A stretch of DNA of 64,000 bases, from assembly GCA_963842525.1 (NCBI GenBank), contig CAWJGT010000006.1:1-64000 (forward strand), written 5' to 3'. Below, one piece after another: positions 32,923 through 42,513 of this stretch. This DNA is from an uncultured Holophagales bacterium. GTDB lineage: Bacteria; Acidobacteriota; Thermoanaerobaculia; Multivoradales; UBA5704. A program made the translations under genes and the position numbers. How positions within the stretch are numbered: the first letter of the stretch is position 1; every line of letters starts with the position of its first letter. Below the pieces are notes generated by a model. It had not been told where the DNA came from, ran no database searches, and saw nothing but the letters and a program-made list of their open reading frames with translations.

Positions 32923-35032
32923 CCTCTTCAGCCTCCTTGGCGGCGCTCGACGCGTCCGCGGCGGTCGCCGCGAGCTGGTCCCGCAGCTCCTTCAGGAAGT
33001 CGGCGGCGGTGCCCCAGTAGATATCGATCTGCGGCGCGCCGAGGCCGGCGCCGAGGTATTCGTCAAGGTATTCACGGGCACGCTCGACGTCGGCCAGGCT
33101 ATGGGCCTCGGGGTCGACCTGCACCCCGACGTGAGCGAAGTCGTTGAGCTTGATCCTGCCTTGGAGGGACATGATCAAACGGAAGAGGACGCGGAACGAC
33201 AGATCGTCGAGCGTGAAGCCCAGGAAGAGCAGCGAGCTTGCGACCAGGGTGCCGCTCACCGCAAAGGGCATGAGCTTGTACTCGGCGGCCGTGATCAAAT
33301 AGTCGAGGTAATCGTCCTCGGTCAGGACCAGCGAATCTTCTTTCCCCTTGCTGAAGACGCCGAAGGGGTAGTACACGATCGGTTTTTCCCACTGCGGCTC
33401 GCCCTCGTAGGGCGGCTCGGTGGCGTGGCTGTCCCGGGTCCAGCGCCACTTGCAATAGAGCGGTTTCGGCTCGCGGCCGGCGGCGAGGAGGGACAGGTGC
33501 AGAACGCGATCGGCGCTGGCGGTGACGTAGACCTTCGCCCGGAGGCCGGCCAGAATGCGAAACGGGTCGTCCTCCCCGGCCTCATCCTGCGTGCGTTTGA
33601 GGGCCGCTTCGAAAAGCTTGGGCTCGTTCGCCAGGTCGGGGTAGCGCCGCCGGATCTCGGCCCTGAGCTGCTCGGCGACGGCGTCGCGGGCATACTTGGG
33701 CTTCCCGGTGACGGCGAGGTACTGGGCGACCTTGGCGAGGTCCGAGCGGTGGTGGGGCTCGAGAGGAAAGCCGTGCGCCGCGGCAAGCCGCTCGGCCCGC
33801 TCGCGCGCGGTGCCGTAGAGATGCTCCCCGATGTCGGGGCCGAGGATCGGTACGCAGCAACCCTGACGGACATTGCTGGTAATGGAATGCCATCTTTTGA
33901 GCTGGGCTTCTTCGCCCGCTTCGCCTGCTTCGCCCGCGAAGCCCGGCTGGTACCACAGGCGCCCGCTCTTCAGCCGCAGGGTGAGCGCCGGCATCCAGGC
34001 GTCGGGCCGGTCGCGCACGGTGCCGCGGGCCACGGCGAGGGCGCGATCGATCCGGCCGTCCTTGCTCAGCTCGGAGAAGAAGACCGGGATCAGTTTCTCC
34101 ACGGTCTCCATGCTGATCTGGCCCTGCATGGCGATCACCGCGGTCACGCCGGCCTCGGCCAGCAGCGGCGCCAGCGCGGCCTGGGTGGCGCCGTCCGCCG
34201 TGCCGCCGCTCTCGCAGGACGCGAGGACTGCGAGCCGCGGCGGCTGCGGCAGCTCGCCGATGCGCTCGGCCAGCGCGGCGCCTGCGACGTGGGCGGCCTT
34301 CCCGGTCTCGTCCTGGAGGTAGAGCCAGGGGATCTGGCCGCGGATCTGGTCGCGGATGAGCGCGCCGTGGCAGACCAGATAGAGGACGTCGGTCCCCTCG
34401 CGCAACCGGGCAATCAGCCGCTCCAGGGTCAGCGGCTCCTCGCGGCCGAGGACGGCGGGCCGGATGCTGCCGAGCCCTTTCTCGGCGCGGTCGATCTCGC
34501 CGTCGAGGTCCACCTCCGCGAGCTTGTACGCGGCGAGGTCGGACGGCGCGGCGACGGCGACGAGGGCCTGGAGGTCCGCCTTGCGGCGGAGCTTGACCGG
34601 GCGCCAGTCCTGGCTGACCAGGAAGCGGGAGAAGAGCGTCTTTTCCGACGTGGCGAGCGGCGCCCGGGTGTCGGGGTCGCGGAGCAGCTCCCAGCGCAGG
34701 CCATTGAGCTCGGGAACGGACGGCCCGACCAGGAGCCGCAGACGCAGGAACCGCTCGCTCGCCGCGACCGCCGCTTTGACCCGGCCGTAGAGGCCGCGCA
34801 CCCGTTCGTCGGCGAAGATCTGTGCGGCAAGGGCCTCGCCATAGGCCCGGGGATCCTGGTGCAGGGTCAACAGCTCTTCGAGGTCGAGGGCCGCCGGCCC
34901 TCTTTCCGGAGGCACTTCGGCCTCGCTCGCCGGGTCGTTGAAGCGCAGCTCGACCTGGAAGGCCTCGGCCGCCAGCCGGGAGAGGCCGATCTCGAGCTCG
35001 GGGTAGAGGGTGGGGGAGGGGTTGGCTTTCAT
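32900..35032 (-). CDS. CHAT (caspase HetF) protease + SIR2-like domain, copy B
   Basis: LRWELLRDP, His in YLVCHG, Cys in VLASCESG, AVIAMQG; SIR2_2-like PILGP, LVLTEDDY, LLFLGF. Confidence 0.85.
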   Translation of the reverse strand: MKANPSPTLYPELEIGLSRLAAEAFQVELRFNDPASEAEVPPERGPAALDLEELLTLHQDPRAYGEALAAQIFADERVRGLYGRVKAAVAASERFLRLRLLVGPSVPELNGLRWELLRDPDTRAPLATSEKTLFSRFLVSQDWRPVKLRRKADLQALVAVAAPSDLAAYKLAEVDLDGEIDRAEKGLGSIRPAVLGREEPLTLERLIARLREGTDVLYLVCHGALIRDQIRGQIPWLYLQDETGKAAHVAGAALAERIGELPQPPRLAVLASCESGGTADGATQAALAPLLAEAGVTAVIAMQGQISMETVEKLIPVFFSELSKDGRIDRALAVARGTVRDRPDAWMPALTLRLKSGRLWYQPGFAGEAGEAGEEAQLKRWHSITSNVRQGCCVPILGPDIGEHLYGTARERAERLAAAHGFPLEPHHRSDLAKVAQYLAVTGKPKYARDAVAEQLRAEIRRRYPDLANEPKLFEAALKRTQDEAGEDDPFRILAGLRAKVYVTASADRVLHLSLLAAGREPKPLYCKWRWTRDSHATEPPYEGEPQWEKPIVYYPFGVFSKGKEDSLVLTEDDYLDYLITAAEYKLMPFAVSGTLVASSLLFLGFTLDDLSFRVLFRLIMSLQGRIKLNDFAHVGVQVDPEAHSLADVERAREYLDEYLGAGLGAPQIDIYWGTAADFLKELRDQLAATAADASSAAKEAEEDDWVTVG

Positions 35033-35080
35033 GGTCGCGCCGGTGCCACGACGGCATTCTGTTGATTCTTTGAGGCTTGC

Positions 35081-35497
35081 CTACTTCCAGTAAGGCTTTA
35101 CACCCAGTGGCGACAGCTTTTTCTGGAGAGGCCGGTCGAATGTGGCAACGGCGTCATAATGTCCACCGATCGCCACGGCCGCGAAGATCGCATCCCCAAA
35201 GGAGGAGATGTGGTCCGGCCAGTGCTCGAGCACCAGGCTCCAGGAGGCCTTCTCTCCAGGGATCACACCGGGCATGGCGAGCAGTTTCCCCAAAGCGCCG
35301 GCCACGTCCGAAGGAGGAAAATTGTAGAGGTTGCAGAGGACGGAGACCATCTCCGAAATGGAGACGGTGTGCAGGACGAGGAGGTGTTCCTGGCCGGCCG
35401 CGGCTGCGAAGAGAGCGGTAGCCCTCTCCTGCTGCTCCTGGTTCCTGTCGGTCAGGAAAGAGACCAGGACGTTCGTGTCGACCAGGATCTCTTTCAA
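35081..35497 (-). CDS. PIN-domain (VapC-like) toxin
   Basis: [23 protein letters not shown]. Confidence 0.88.
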   Translation of the reverse strand: MKEILVDTNVLVSFLTDRNQEQQERATALFAAAAGQEHLLVLHTVSISEMVSVLCNLYNFPPSDVAGALGKLLAMPGVIPGEKASWSLVLEHWPDHISSFGDAIFAAVAIGGHYDAVATFDRPLQKKLSPLGVKPYWK

Positions 35498-35730
35498 GCG
35501 CCTTCCGTCCCCATCCGCTCTCTGGCTCTACGGACATCTTCCACCGGGTCCCCCGGGCCCACCTTGAAGCTTCCTCGAAGGTCGAGGAATGCCCGGCTGG
35601 AGGCCGTCACCCGGATATGGTCTCCCGCCAGATCCCACTGGAGCATGTCGCTCGGCCCGACCCCGAGCCTCTCCCGGACCTCCTTGGGAACCGTTGTCTG
35701 GTACTTCACAGTGATTGTGGACTTTGGCAC
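35494..35730 (-). CDS. AbrB/MazE-family antitoxin
   Basis: [27 protein letters not shown]; AAGGAG RBS; 4-nt overlap with the PIN gene. Confidence 0.88.
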   Translation of the reverse strand: MPKSTITVKYQTTVPKEVRERLGVGPSDMLQWDLAGDHIRVTASSRAFLDLRGSFKVGPGDPVEDVRRARERMGTEGA

Positions 35731-35736
35731 GACGGT

Positions 35737-35778
35737 CTCCTTACCTTTAGTGTAGGTTTGGTAAGGAGGCCGGGTCAA
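35737..35778 (-). promoter_or_regulatory. TA promoter with an autoregulatory palindrome
   Basis: TTGACC-N18-TACACT, overlapped by the inverted repeat CTCCTTACC-N14-GGTAAGGAG (35737-35768). Confidence 0.7.
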
Positions 35779-35791
35779 GCTACTCGGCCGA

Positions 35792-38700
35792 CTACCGCGC
35801 CTCCCGGCACTCCCGGTAGGCGCGCCAGGCTTCCACATAGCTCTCGGGCCGGCTCTCCGGCGCCTCGCCCAACCGCGCGAAAAAGACCGGCACGCAGTCC
35901 TTGCAGACTTGGAACTGGTGCTCCGCGGCTTCCTTGGTCTCGCCGAGAGCTTCGATCCGTACCGCGGGATCCAGGCAGAGCTCGTTGCGGGCGCGCAGGC
36001 GGCCGAGAAGGTAGCTGGTGTAGTCGCTGGGATTGGCCCACAGCCGCACGGTGTCCGCCGCGGCGACCAGGATGCGCGAGCCGTCCGGGCTGAAGGAGGC
36101 AGCCGTGACCCTGTTTCCTTGTCCTTGCAGTGTCCTCAAGGGCTCTCCCGTCTCCGCGTTCCAGAGCTGTGCGTTGTCCTCGGAAGCCGTGCCGACCCAG
36201 GTGCCGTTCGGGCTGAAGGCGGCGGCGGTGACCTCCGCTCCGTGCCCCTCCAAGGTGACGAGAAGCTGTCCCGTCTTGGTGTCCCAGATCCGGGCCGTCT
36301 GATCGGCGGACGCCGTCACGAGCCGGGTGCCGTCCGGGCTGAACGAGACGCTGCCGACGCTCCCGCCGTGCCCCGTCAGGGGTGCAATCAACTCGAGAGT
36401 CTTGGCGTTCCAGATGCGCGCCGTGCGGTCGGCGGACGCCGTCGCGATCCGCCTGCCGTCCCGGCTGAACGCCACAGCCGTAACTTCTTGGGTGTCCGGG
36501 AGGTCCGCGATCGGTTTTTGCGAGCTGACGTCCCAGATCCTCGCCGGCTGGTTGCGGGAGGCGGTCACGACCCGGGAGCCATCCGGGCTGAAAACGGCGT
36601 CCAGGATCTCGCCATCAGCGAACCGGGCGACCTCGGCGCCCGAGGCGGCGTCGCGGATCTGCGCCGTCGTCTCCTTTCCCTCCCTGCATACAGCCAGCAG
36701 GGAGCGGCCGTCGGGGCTGAAGGAGATGCCGGAGATCCTGTTGCACGGCCATACCCGCGAGCGAATGGCCTGCAAGGCGGTATCCCGGATGGTGCTCGTG
36801 GTCGTGCTGTTCCCGCCGATGCCCGTCACGGAGGCGGTCACGATGCGGGACCCGTCCCTGTTGAAGGAGGCGCCGGTGATCCGGCTCTCGGCGGCCTGCC
36901 GCACGGCGAGCTCCTCTCCCAGCAGGGCCTCCTCCCCGAGGGTCCATAGGCGGGCCGTGCCGTCCGCAGAAGCTGTCACGATGCGCGAGCCGTCGGGACT
37001 GAACGATGCGGAACGGACCGCGGCCGTATGGCCTCCGAGAATGGCGATCTCCGTTCCCTTGTCGACGTCCCAGACGCGCGCCGTCTCATCGTCCGAAGCC
37101 GTCACCACAAAGCGGCCGTTCGGACTGAAGGACGCGGACCGGAGGCCGGCTCCGTGACGCAGCGGCTCGCCCAAGGGCTGCCCGGTCGCCACGTCCCACA
37201 CTCGTGCGGCGCCGTCCCGGGAAGCCGTCACCACGCGCTGGCCGTCCGGACTGAACGCGGCGAACCGGACGGCCTCTCGATGGAGCAACGGCTCGCCAAT
37301 CTGCTCGCCAGTCGCCAAGTCCCACAGCCGCGCCGTGCGGTCGAAAGAGGCAGTCACGATCCACCGGCCGTCCAGGCTGAACGACGCGGACACAACGCCC
37401 CTTTCATGGCCTACCAGCTTGACCAACGGATTGCCCGCCGCATCCCACAGCCGCGCGGTCCTGTCGGTGGAAGCCGTCACGATCCGCGAGCCGTCCGGAC
37501 TGAACGAAGCGAAACTGACCCTGTCGGCATGGGAAAGCGGCTCGCCCAGCGGTTGGCCCGTCGCCGCATCCCACAGCCGCGCCGACTTGTCAGACGCCGT
37601 CACCAACCGCCGGCCGTCCGGGCTGAACGACGCGGAGCTCACGGCCTCGGCGTGAAGCAGTGGCTTGCCCAACGGCTGACCCGTCGCAGCATCCCACACG
37701 CGCGCCGTGCGATCGGCGGACGCCGTCACCACCCGCCGGCCATCCGGGCTGAACGATGCGGCAACCACCCTGCCTTCATGCTTCAGAATGGCGGAAGTTT
37801 GCGATTCGCGCTTTCCGGCCAGAACGGCCAGAGCCCTGCGAAGCGCGTCGACTGTCGTTGCAGCTTGTTCCGTTCCGCGTACCTCTAGTAGGACGAGACC
37901 GGCTTGCAAGGGTTGCGTTGCGAGCAGCCTGGCGCCGGCGCCCTCGCAGACCAGATTGTGCACCCGGCGCGCCGCCTGCTGCGCCTTCCACCATTGCAGC
38001 GCTGCGAAGCCGCCGACGAGGAGAGCGGCGGCGGCGAGGACCATCGCGGCGATCCCGAGCTTGCGGATGCGCCGCGCCTGGAGCGCTTGCTGCCGGGCCG
38101 CGGCGACCGCACCGGCCGAGGCATCGAGGTACCGGCGCTCCTCGGCCGTGCAGCTCCGCCGCATGTGCGGCGGCCCAGGCCTCGGCCTCCGCCAGCTCGT
38201 TCGCCGCCAGGAGCAGCCCGGAAGGCCTGCTCTCGCTCTCCCACAGTGCGGCCCGCCTCTGGACAGCGTTCAGATGCTTCTCGCGCCAGGCGGCATTGTC
38301 CTCCCGCACCGGCTTGATGAGCCGGTCGTGGGCCAGCTCGTACCAGGTGGCGCCGGCGCGATTCTCGGCCCGCACCAGATGGGAGGCCTGCAACTTTTCG
38401 ATGAGGTCGTTGGCCAGGCCCTCGCTCTCCCGGGCGCCCTTGAGCACCTGGGCGCGGATGCCGCCCGGAGTGATCAGCCGCTCGCCGGCCCAGTCGCGGA
38501 TCTCCCGCTCGCGGCCGAGGTCGCCGCCGCCGATCCGCGCCACGGCATCGGCGTAGTAGTCGGCCAGGGCCCGGTCGACGTTGCCGAAACGCTCGAGATC
38601 TTCCTCCTCGATCGAGAGGTCGCCCTCCGGCATGGCATCCCAGAGGCGATGGCAAACCACCTGGAGCTGCACCGGCTCCACGTGGTTGCCGGTCTGTTCC

Positions 38701-39488
38701 GCGAAGGAGCCGTCCGGTTGCTGCACCTTCGTCGTCGCCAGGTCGTGCACCAGCTTGCCGGCGGCGGGGAACTCCCGGCCCTTGTCCCGCGCCGGGTTGA
38801 CGATCGCCTCCCGCGCCGCGGCGAGCCCCAGCAGGTCGATGCGGAAGCGGTTCTTGAGATGGGTCGGCACCCGGTCGGCGTACGGATCGAGGGGCGCCAG
38901 GTAGTCCTCGCGCAGCAGGAAGAGCGCCCAGAGAAGTGGATTGTGCAGCAGCTCGCCGAGCTGGTTGAAAAACTCCTTCTTGGCCGCCACGGCCAAGGGA
39001 TCGACGGTGAGCACCTCTTCGAACTGATCGAAGATCAGGACGGCGCCCGGCGGCGAGCCGGGCTTCTTCGGCCGCCGGGTGGCGTACTCGGCGAGAGTGA
39101 GGCCGGCGAGCTCCGCCGCCGGACGGCGCAGCCTCTGCGGAATCCCCTCCTCGAAACCGAGGATCGCGCTGTGCACGTAGCGGTTGACCCTCACCTCCCC
39201 CGGCTCCTGGTTCACCCGGGTGGGCCGCCAGACGTCGAACGTTTCGCGCAGACGCGGGATGAGGCCGGCCTGGACCAGCGAGCTCTTGCCGGCGCCGGAC
39301 GGCGAATGGAGGAGGACGATGCGCTCGGCGCTCAGCAGGAAATAGAGCGCGGCGATCTCCTCGTCGCGCCCCCACAACCGTTCGCCGAGCTCGATCGGGC
39401 GCGGCCCGACATAGGGATTCCGCGTCGCGGACGCCATCTTCGCCCAGGTCTCGTCCAGGGCGTTGCGCACTGCCTCAGAACCAGCCAC
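35792..39488 (-). CDS. STAND-class (nSTAND1-like) NTPase + TM helix + WD40 propellers, copy A (frameshift near 38,150)
   Basis: NPYVGPRP..LWGRD, SPSGAGKSS, IFDQFEEV, YELAHDRLI; about 14 ASFSPDG..VTAS.D.TAR.WD repeats. Confidence 0.9.
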
Positions 39489-41607
39489 CGCTCATCACCG
39501 CCGTTTTGGAGACCTCTTCCTCATCCTCTGCGGCCGTCTTCACGAGCTGCGATTTCAGCTCTTTCAGAAAATCGGCCGCGCTTCCCCAGTAGATGTCGAT
39601 CCGCGGCTCGCCGCGCCCGCGCCCGGCGCTGCGGTCGGCGCCAAAGTAGCTCTGCAGATACTTCCGTGCCCGCTCGACATCGGCCTTGCTGTGCACCTCG
39701 GGGTCGACCTGGACGCCGACGTGGGAGAACTGCTTGAGGTTGGCGCAACCCTCGAGGGTCATGATCAGCCGGAAGAGGACGCGAAACGTCCAGCCGTCGA
39801 GGGGAAAACCGAGGAACAGCAGCGAGCTTTCGGTGAGGGAGCCGCGCACCACGGTGGGCACCAGCTTGTAGGCTGCTGTGGCGATCAGGTAGTCGAAGAA
39901 GTCGTCCTCGGTCAAGACCAGGGAGTCCGGCTGGCCGAAGACGCCGAAGACTTGATAGACGATCGGCTTCTCGGCGCTCGGCTTGCCCTCGAAACGCGGC
40001 TCGCGGGGGTGGTTCTCCTCCGTCGGCCGCCAGTTGCTGGCGAGCAGGGTCGGCTGCCGGCCGGCCGCCTGCAGGGACTTGTAGAGCAGCGTCTCGGCGC
40101 TGGCATTGATGTAGATCCTGCCCGGCAGCTCGGCGAGGATGTGATAGGGGCAGGTCTCATCGCTGCGCTGGCCGGCGGTGTCTGCGACGATGGCATCGAG
40201 GATCTCGGGCAGCCGGCGGCCTCTGAGGGTATCGTCCAGGAGGCTGTTGCGCTTCAGGATCTGCGCACGGAGGTGCTTGAGCACGGCGGCCTGGGCGTAC
40301 TCCCGGTCCTGGTCGATGCTCAGGTACTGCGTCACTTTGGCCAGGTCGGTGCTCGCTTCGTCGTCCAGGGGGAACTTCTCGGCATCGGCCAGACGGCCGG
40401 CGAGCTCCCGGGTGGTGCCGATGAGGGTCTCCCCGAAGTCCGGACCGAGGATGGGGATGAACTTGCCTTTCCGCACCCGGCGGCAGATCGACTTCCACTT
40501 GGCGAAGTCGCCGGTTCCGGAGAAGCCCGGCTCGTACCAGATGCGTCCGCTCTTGAGCCGCAGATAGAGAGCCGGCATCCAGGCGTCGGGGCGCTCGCGC
40601 ACCGTCCCTCGCGCCACGGCCAGGGCACGGTCGATCTGGCCGTCCTTCTCCAGCTCGGAGAAGAAGACGGGAATGGCCGTCTTCACCGTCTCCATGCTGA
40701 TCCGGCCCTGCATCGCCACGACTGCCGGCACTCCCGCCTCGGCCAGGTGCGGAGCGAGCGCCGCCTGGGTGGAGCCGTCCGCCGTGCCGCCGCTCTCGCA
40801 GGAGGCGAGGACCACCAGCCGCGGCGGCGCCAGCAGCTCGCGGATCCGCTCGGCCAGTGCGGATCCCTCGACCCGGGCGACGTTGCCTTCGTCGTCCTGA
40901 AGGAACAGGTAGGGGGCCTGGCCGCGCGCCAGAGCGCCATGGCAGACCAGGTAGAGGATGTCGATGGCTCCCCCCTCGGCGCGCAACCGGGCCGCGAGGC
41001 GCTCGAGGGTCAACGGCTCGTCGCGGCCCAGCACGGTGCTGCGGATGTCCCCGAGGCCCTCCTGCGCGCGGGCGATCTCGCCGTCGCGGTCGACGGGAGC
41101 CAATTGATAGCGGGCGAGGTCGGGCGGCGCCGCGACCGCGATCACAGCCCGGAGGTCGGATTTCGGCCGCAGCTTCACCGGTCGCCAGTCCTGGCTGACC
41201 ATGAAGCGGGAGAAGAGGATCTTTTGCGACGTCCCCAGCGGAGCCTTCGTCTCCGGATCGGTGAGCAGCTCCCAGCGTACCGCGTTGAGCTCGGGGGCGG
41301 TGGGCCCCACCAGCAGCCGCAGGCGCAAGAGGTGGTTGCTCGCCTCCACCGCCGTCCTGGCCCGGCAATAGAGGAGGCGAACCTCCTCGGCGGCGAAGAC
41401 CTGCGCGGCGAGCGCCTCGCCATAGGCCCGCGCGTCCTGTTGCAGCGCCAGAAGCTCCGCGAGGTCCAAGGCGGCCAGCCCGCTCACCGGCGGAACCTCG
41501 GCCTCGCTCGCGGGATGGGTGAAGCGCAGATCCACCTGGTAGGCGTCGGCGGTCAGCCGGCGGAAGCCGACTTCGAGCTCGGCATACAGGTTGATGGCCG
41601 TGCTCAT
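39475..41607 (-). CDS. CHAT protease + SIR2-like domain, copy A
   Basis: VRWELLTDP, YLVCHG, VLASCESG, PILGPD, LVLTEDDF, LLFLGF; paralog of 32900-35032. Confidence 0.85.
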   Translation of the reverse strand: MSTAINLYAELEVGFRRLTADAYQVDLRFTHPASEAEVPPVSGLAALDLAELLALQQDARAYGEALAAQVFAAEEVRLLYCRARTAVEASNHLLRLRLLVGPTAPELNAVRWELLTDPETKAPLGTSQKILFSRFMVSQDWRPVKLRPKSDLRAVIAVAAPPDLARYQLAPVDRDGEIARAQEGLGDIRSTVLGRDEPLTLERLAARLRAEGGAIDILYLVCHGALARGQAPYLFLQDDEGNVARVEGSALAERIRELLAPPRLVVLASCESGGTADGSTQAALAPHLAEAGVPAVVAMQGRISMETVKTAIPVFFSELEKDGQIDRALAVARGTVRERPDAWMPALYLRLKSGRIWYEPGFSGTGDFAKWKSICRRVRKGKFIPILGPDFGETLIGTTRELAGRLADAEKFPLDDEASTDLAKVTQYLSIDQDREYAQAAVLKHLRAQILKRNSLLDDTLRGRRLPEILDAIVADTAGQRSDETCPYHILAELPGRIYINASAETLLYKSLQAAGRQPTLLASNWRPTEENHPREPRFEGKPSAEKPIVYQVFGVFGQPDSLVLTEDDFFDYLIATAAYKLVPTVVRGSLTESSLLFLGFPLDGWTFRVLFRLIMTLEGCANLKQFSHVGVQVDPEVHSKADVERARKYLQSYFGADRSAGRGRGEPRIDIYWGSAADFLKELKSQLVKTAAEDEEEVSKTAVMSGGWF

Positions 41608-41687
41608 GGATCAGATCCCGTCCGTCGCACATTCGAAGGAAAGCACAGAGGCCTCCTGCTTCCTGCTCCTTGTTTATGATCTCTGCA

Positions 41688-41696
41688 ATTATACCA
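41688..41696 (-). promoter_or_regulatory. Extended -10 promoter for the CHAT/STAND cluster
   Basis: The minus strand reads TGGTATAAT, about 80 nt upstream of ATG 41607. Confidence 0.6.
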
Positions 41697-41894
41697 TGCC
41701 ACTGGTTCCTTCGCCGCGACGGGCCGTGATTTGACAGGGAACGCCGGGCTAGGGGCCGTTCCGGCGGAGCTTGCTGCGTCTCCGGGCAAGCTTGGGTCGT
41801 GAGCCCCCCGTCTGGGGGAGCGTTCCCCCAAGTCAGACGCGCGCTCCCCCAGTCGGTTGACCGCCCGGCGGGTGCGGAGAGGGGGCCAGGGGGC

Positions 41895-42305
41895 TCAGTC
41901 GTCTTCGAATTCGTCCAACTCGTCTGCCCCCGGTCCTTCCAGCAGACGGTCCATCTCGCGGCGGTCCTTCTTGGTGGGGCGGCCGGTTCCGGGGTCGCGG
42001 AGCATGGGCGGCCGGCGGAGCAGCCGCGCGTAGGGGTCCGGCGGCGGCTTGGGTGGGCTCTGATCCTCGTAGAGCGCCGCGGCCTCGGCCTTGGGGACGG
42101 GGCGGTCCTGCAGCTCCTGGACGATGAGAATCCGCTGCCAGTCCCCCTGCTTCAGCTCGATCCGGTCTCCCAGGACGAGGTGGCGGTGCGGCTTGGCGGG
42201 CTGGCCGTTGACCAGGACCCGCCCGAGGTCGCAGGCGTGCGTCGCCTTCGTGCGCGCCTTGAACATCCGCGCGACCTGGAGCCATTTGTCGAGCCGGACG
42301 GACAT
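41895..42305 (-). CDS. hslR: S4-domain ribosome-associated heat-shock protein Hsp15
   Basis: VRLDKWLQVARMFKART.A, VNGQPAKP, GRPTKKDRR. Confidence 0.9.
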   Translation of the reverse strand: MSVRLDKWLQVARMFKARTKATHACDLGRVLVNGQPAKPHRHLVLGDRIELKQGDWQRILIVQELQDRPVPKAEAAALYEDQSPPKPPPDPYARLLRRPPMLRDPGTGRPTKKDRREMDRLLEGPGADELDEFEDD

Positions 42306-42513
42306 GCGGCAAGTCTAGCGCAGGGCGCGCTTGGTCCTCGTGGAGATTCGCAATGGTCCCGGGGCGTGCAGCCTCCCTGCCCCAGATCCTTCGCTACACT
42401 CAGGATGATACGACAGGATACGACAGGTCTGGTGTCCAGGGACAGACCTTGTCAGCTCGCTAGAAGGCCGCATTGGAGAGCCGAAATTGAGACACTTATT
42501 TCGTGACGAGCCC

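Noticed and set aside
42380-42430. GATCCTTCGCTACACTCAGGATGA as an att site or IS end for the Alba-PIN unit
   Set aside because: It looks like half of another REP-type element; no matching copy at the other flank and no integrase or transposase.
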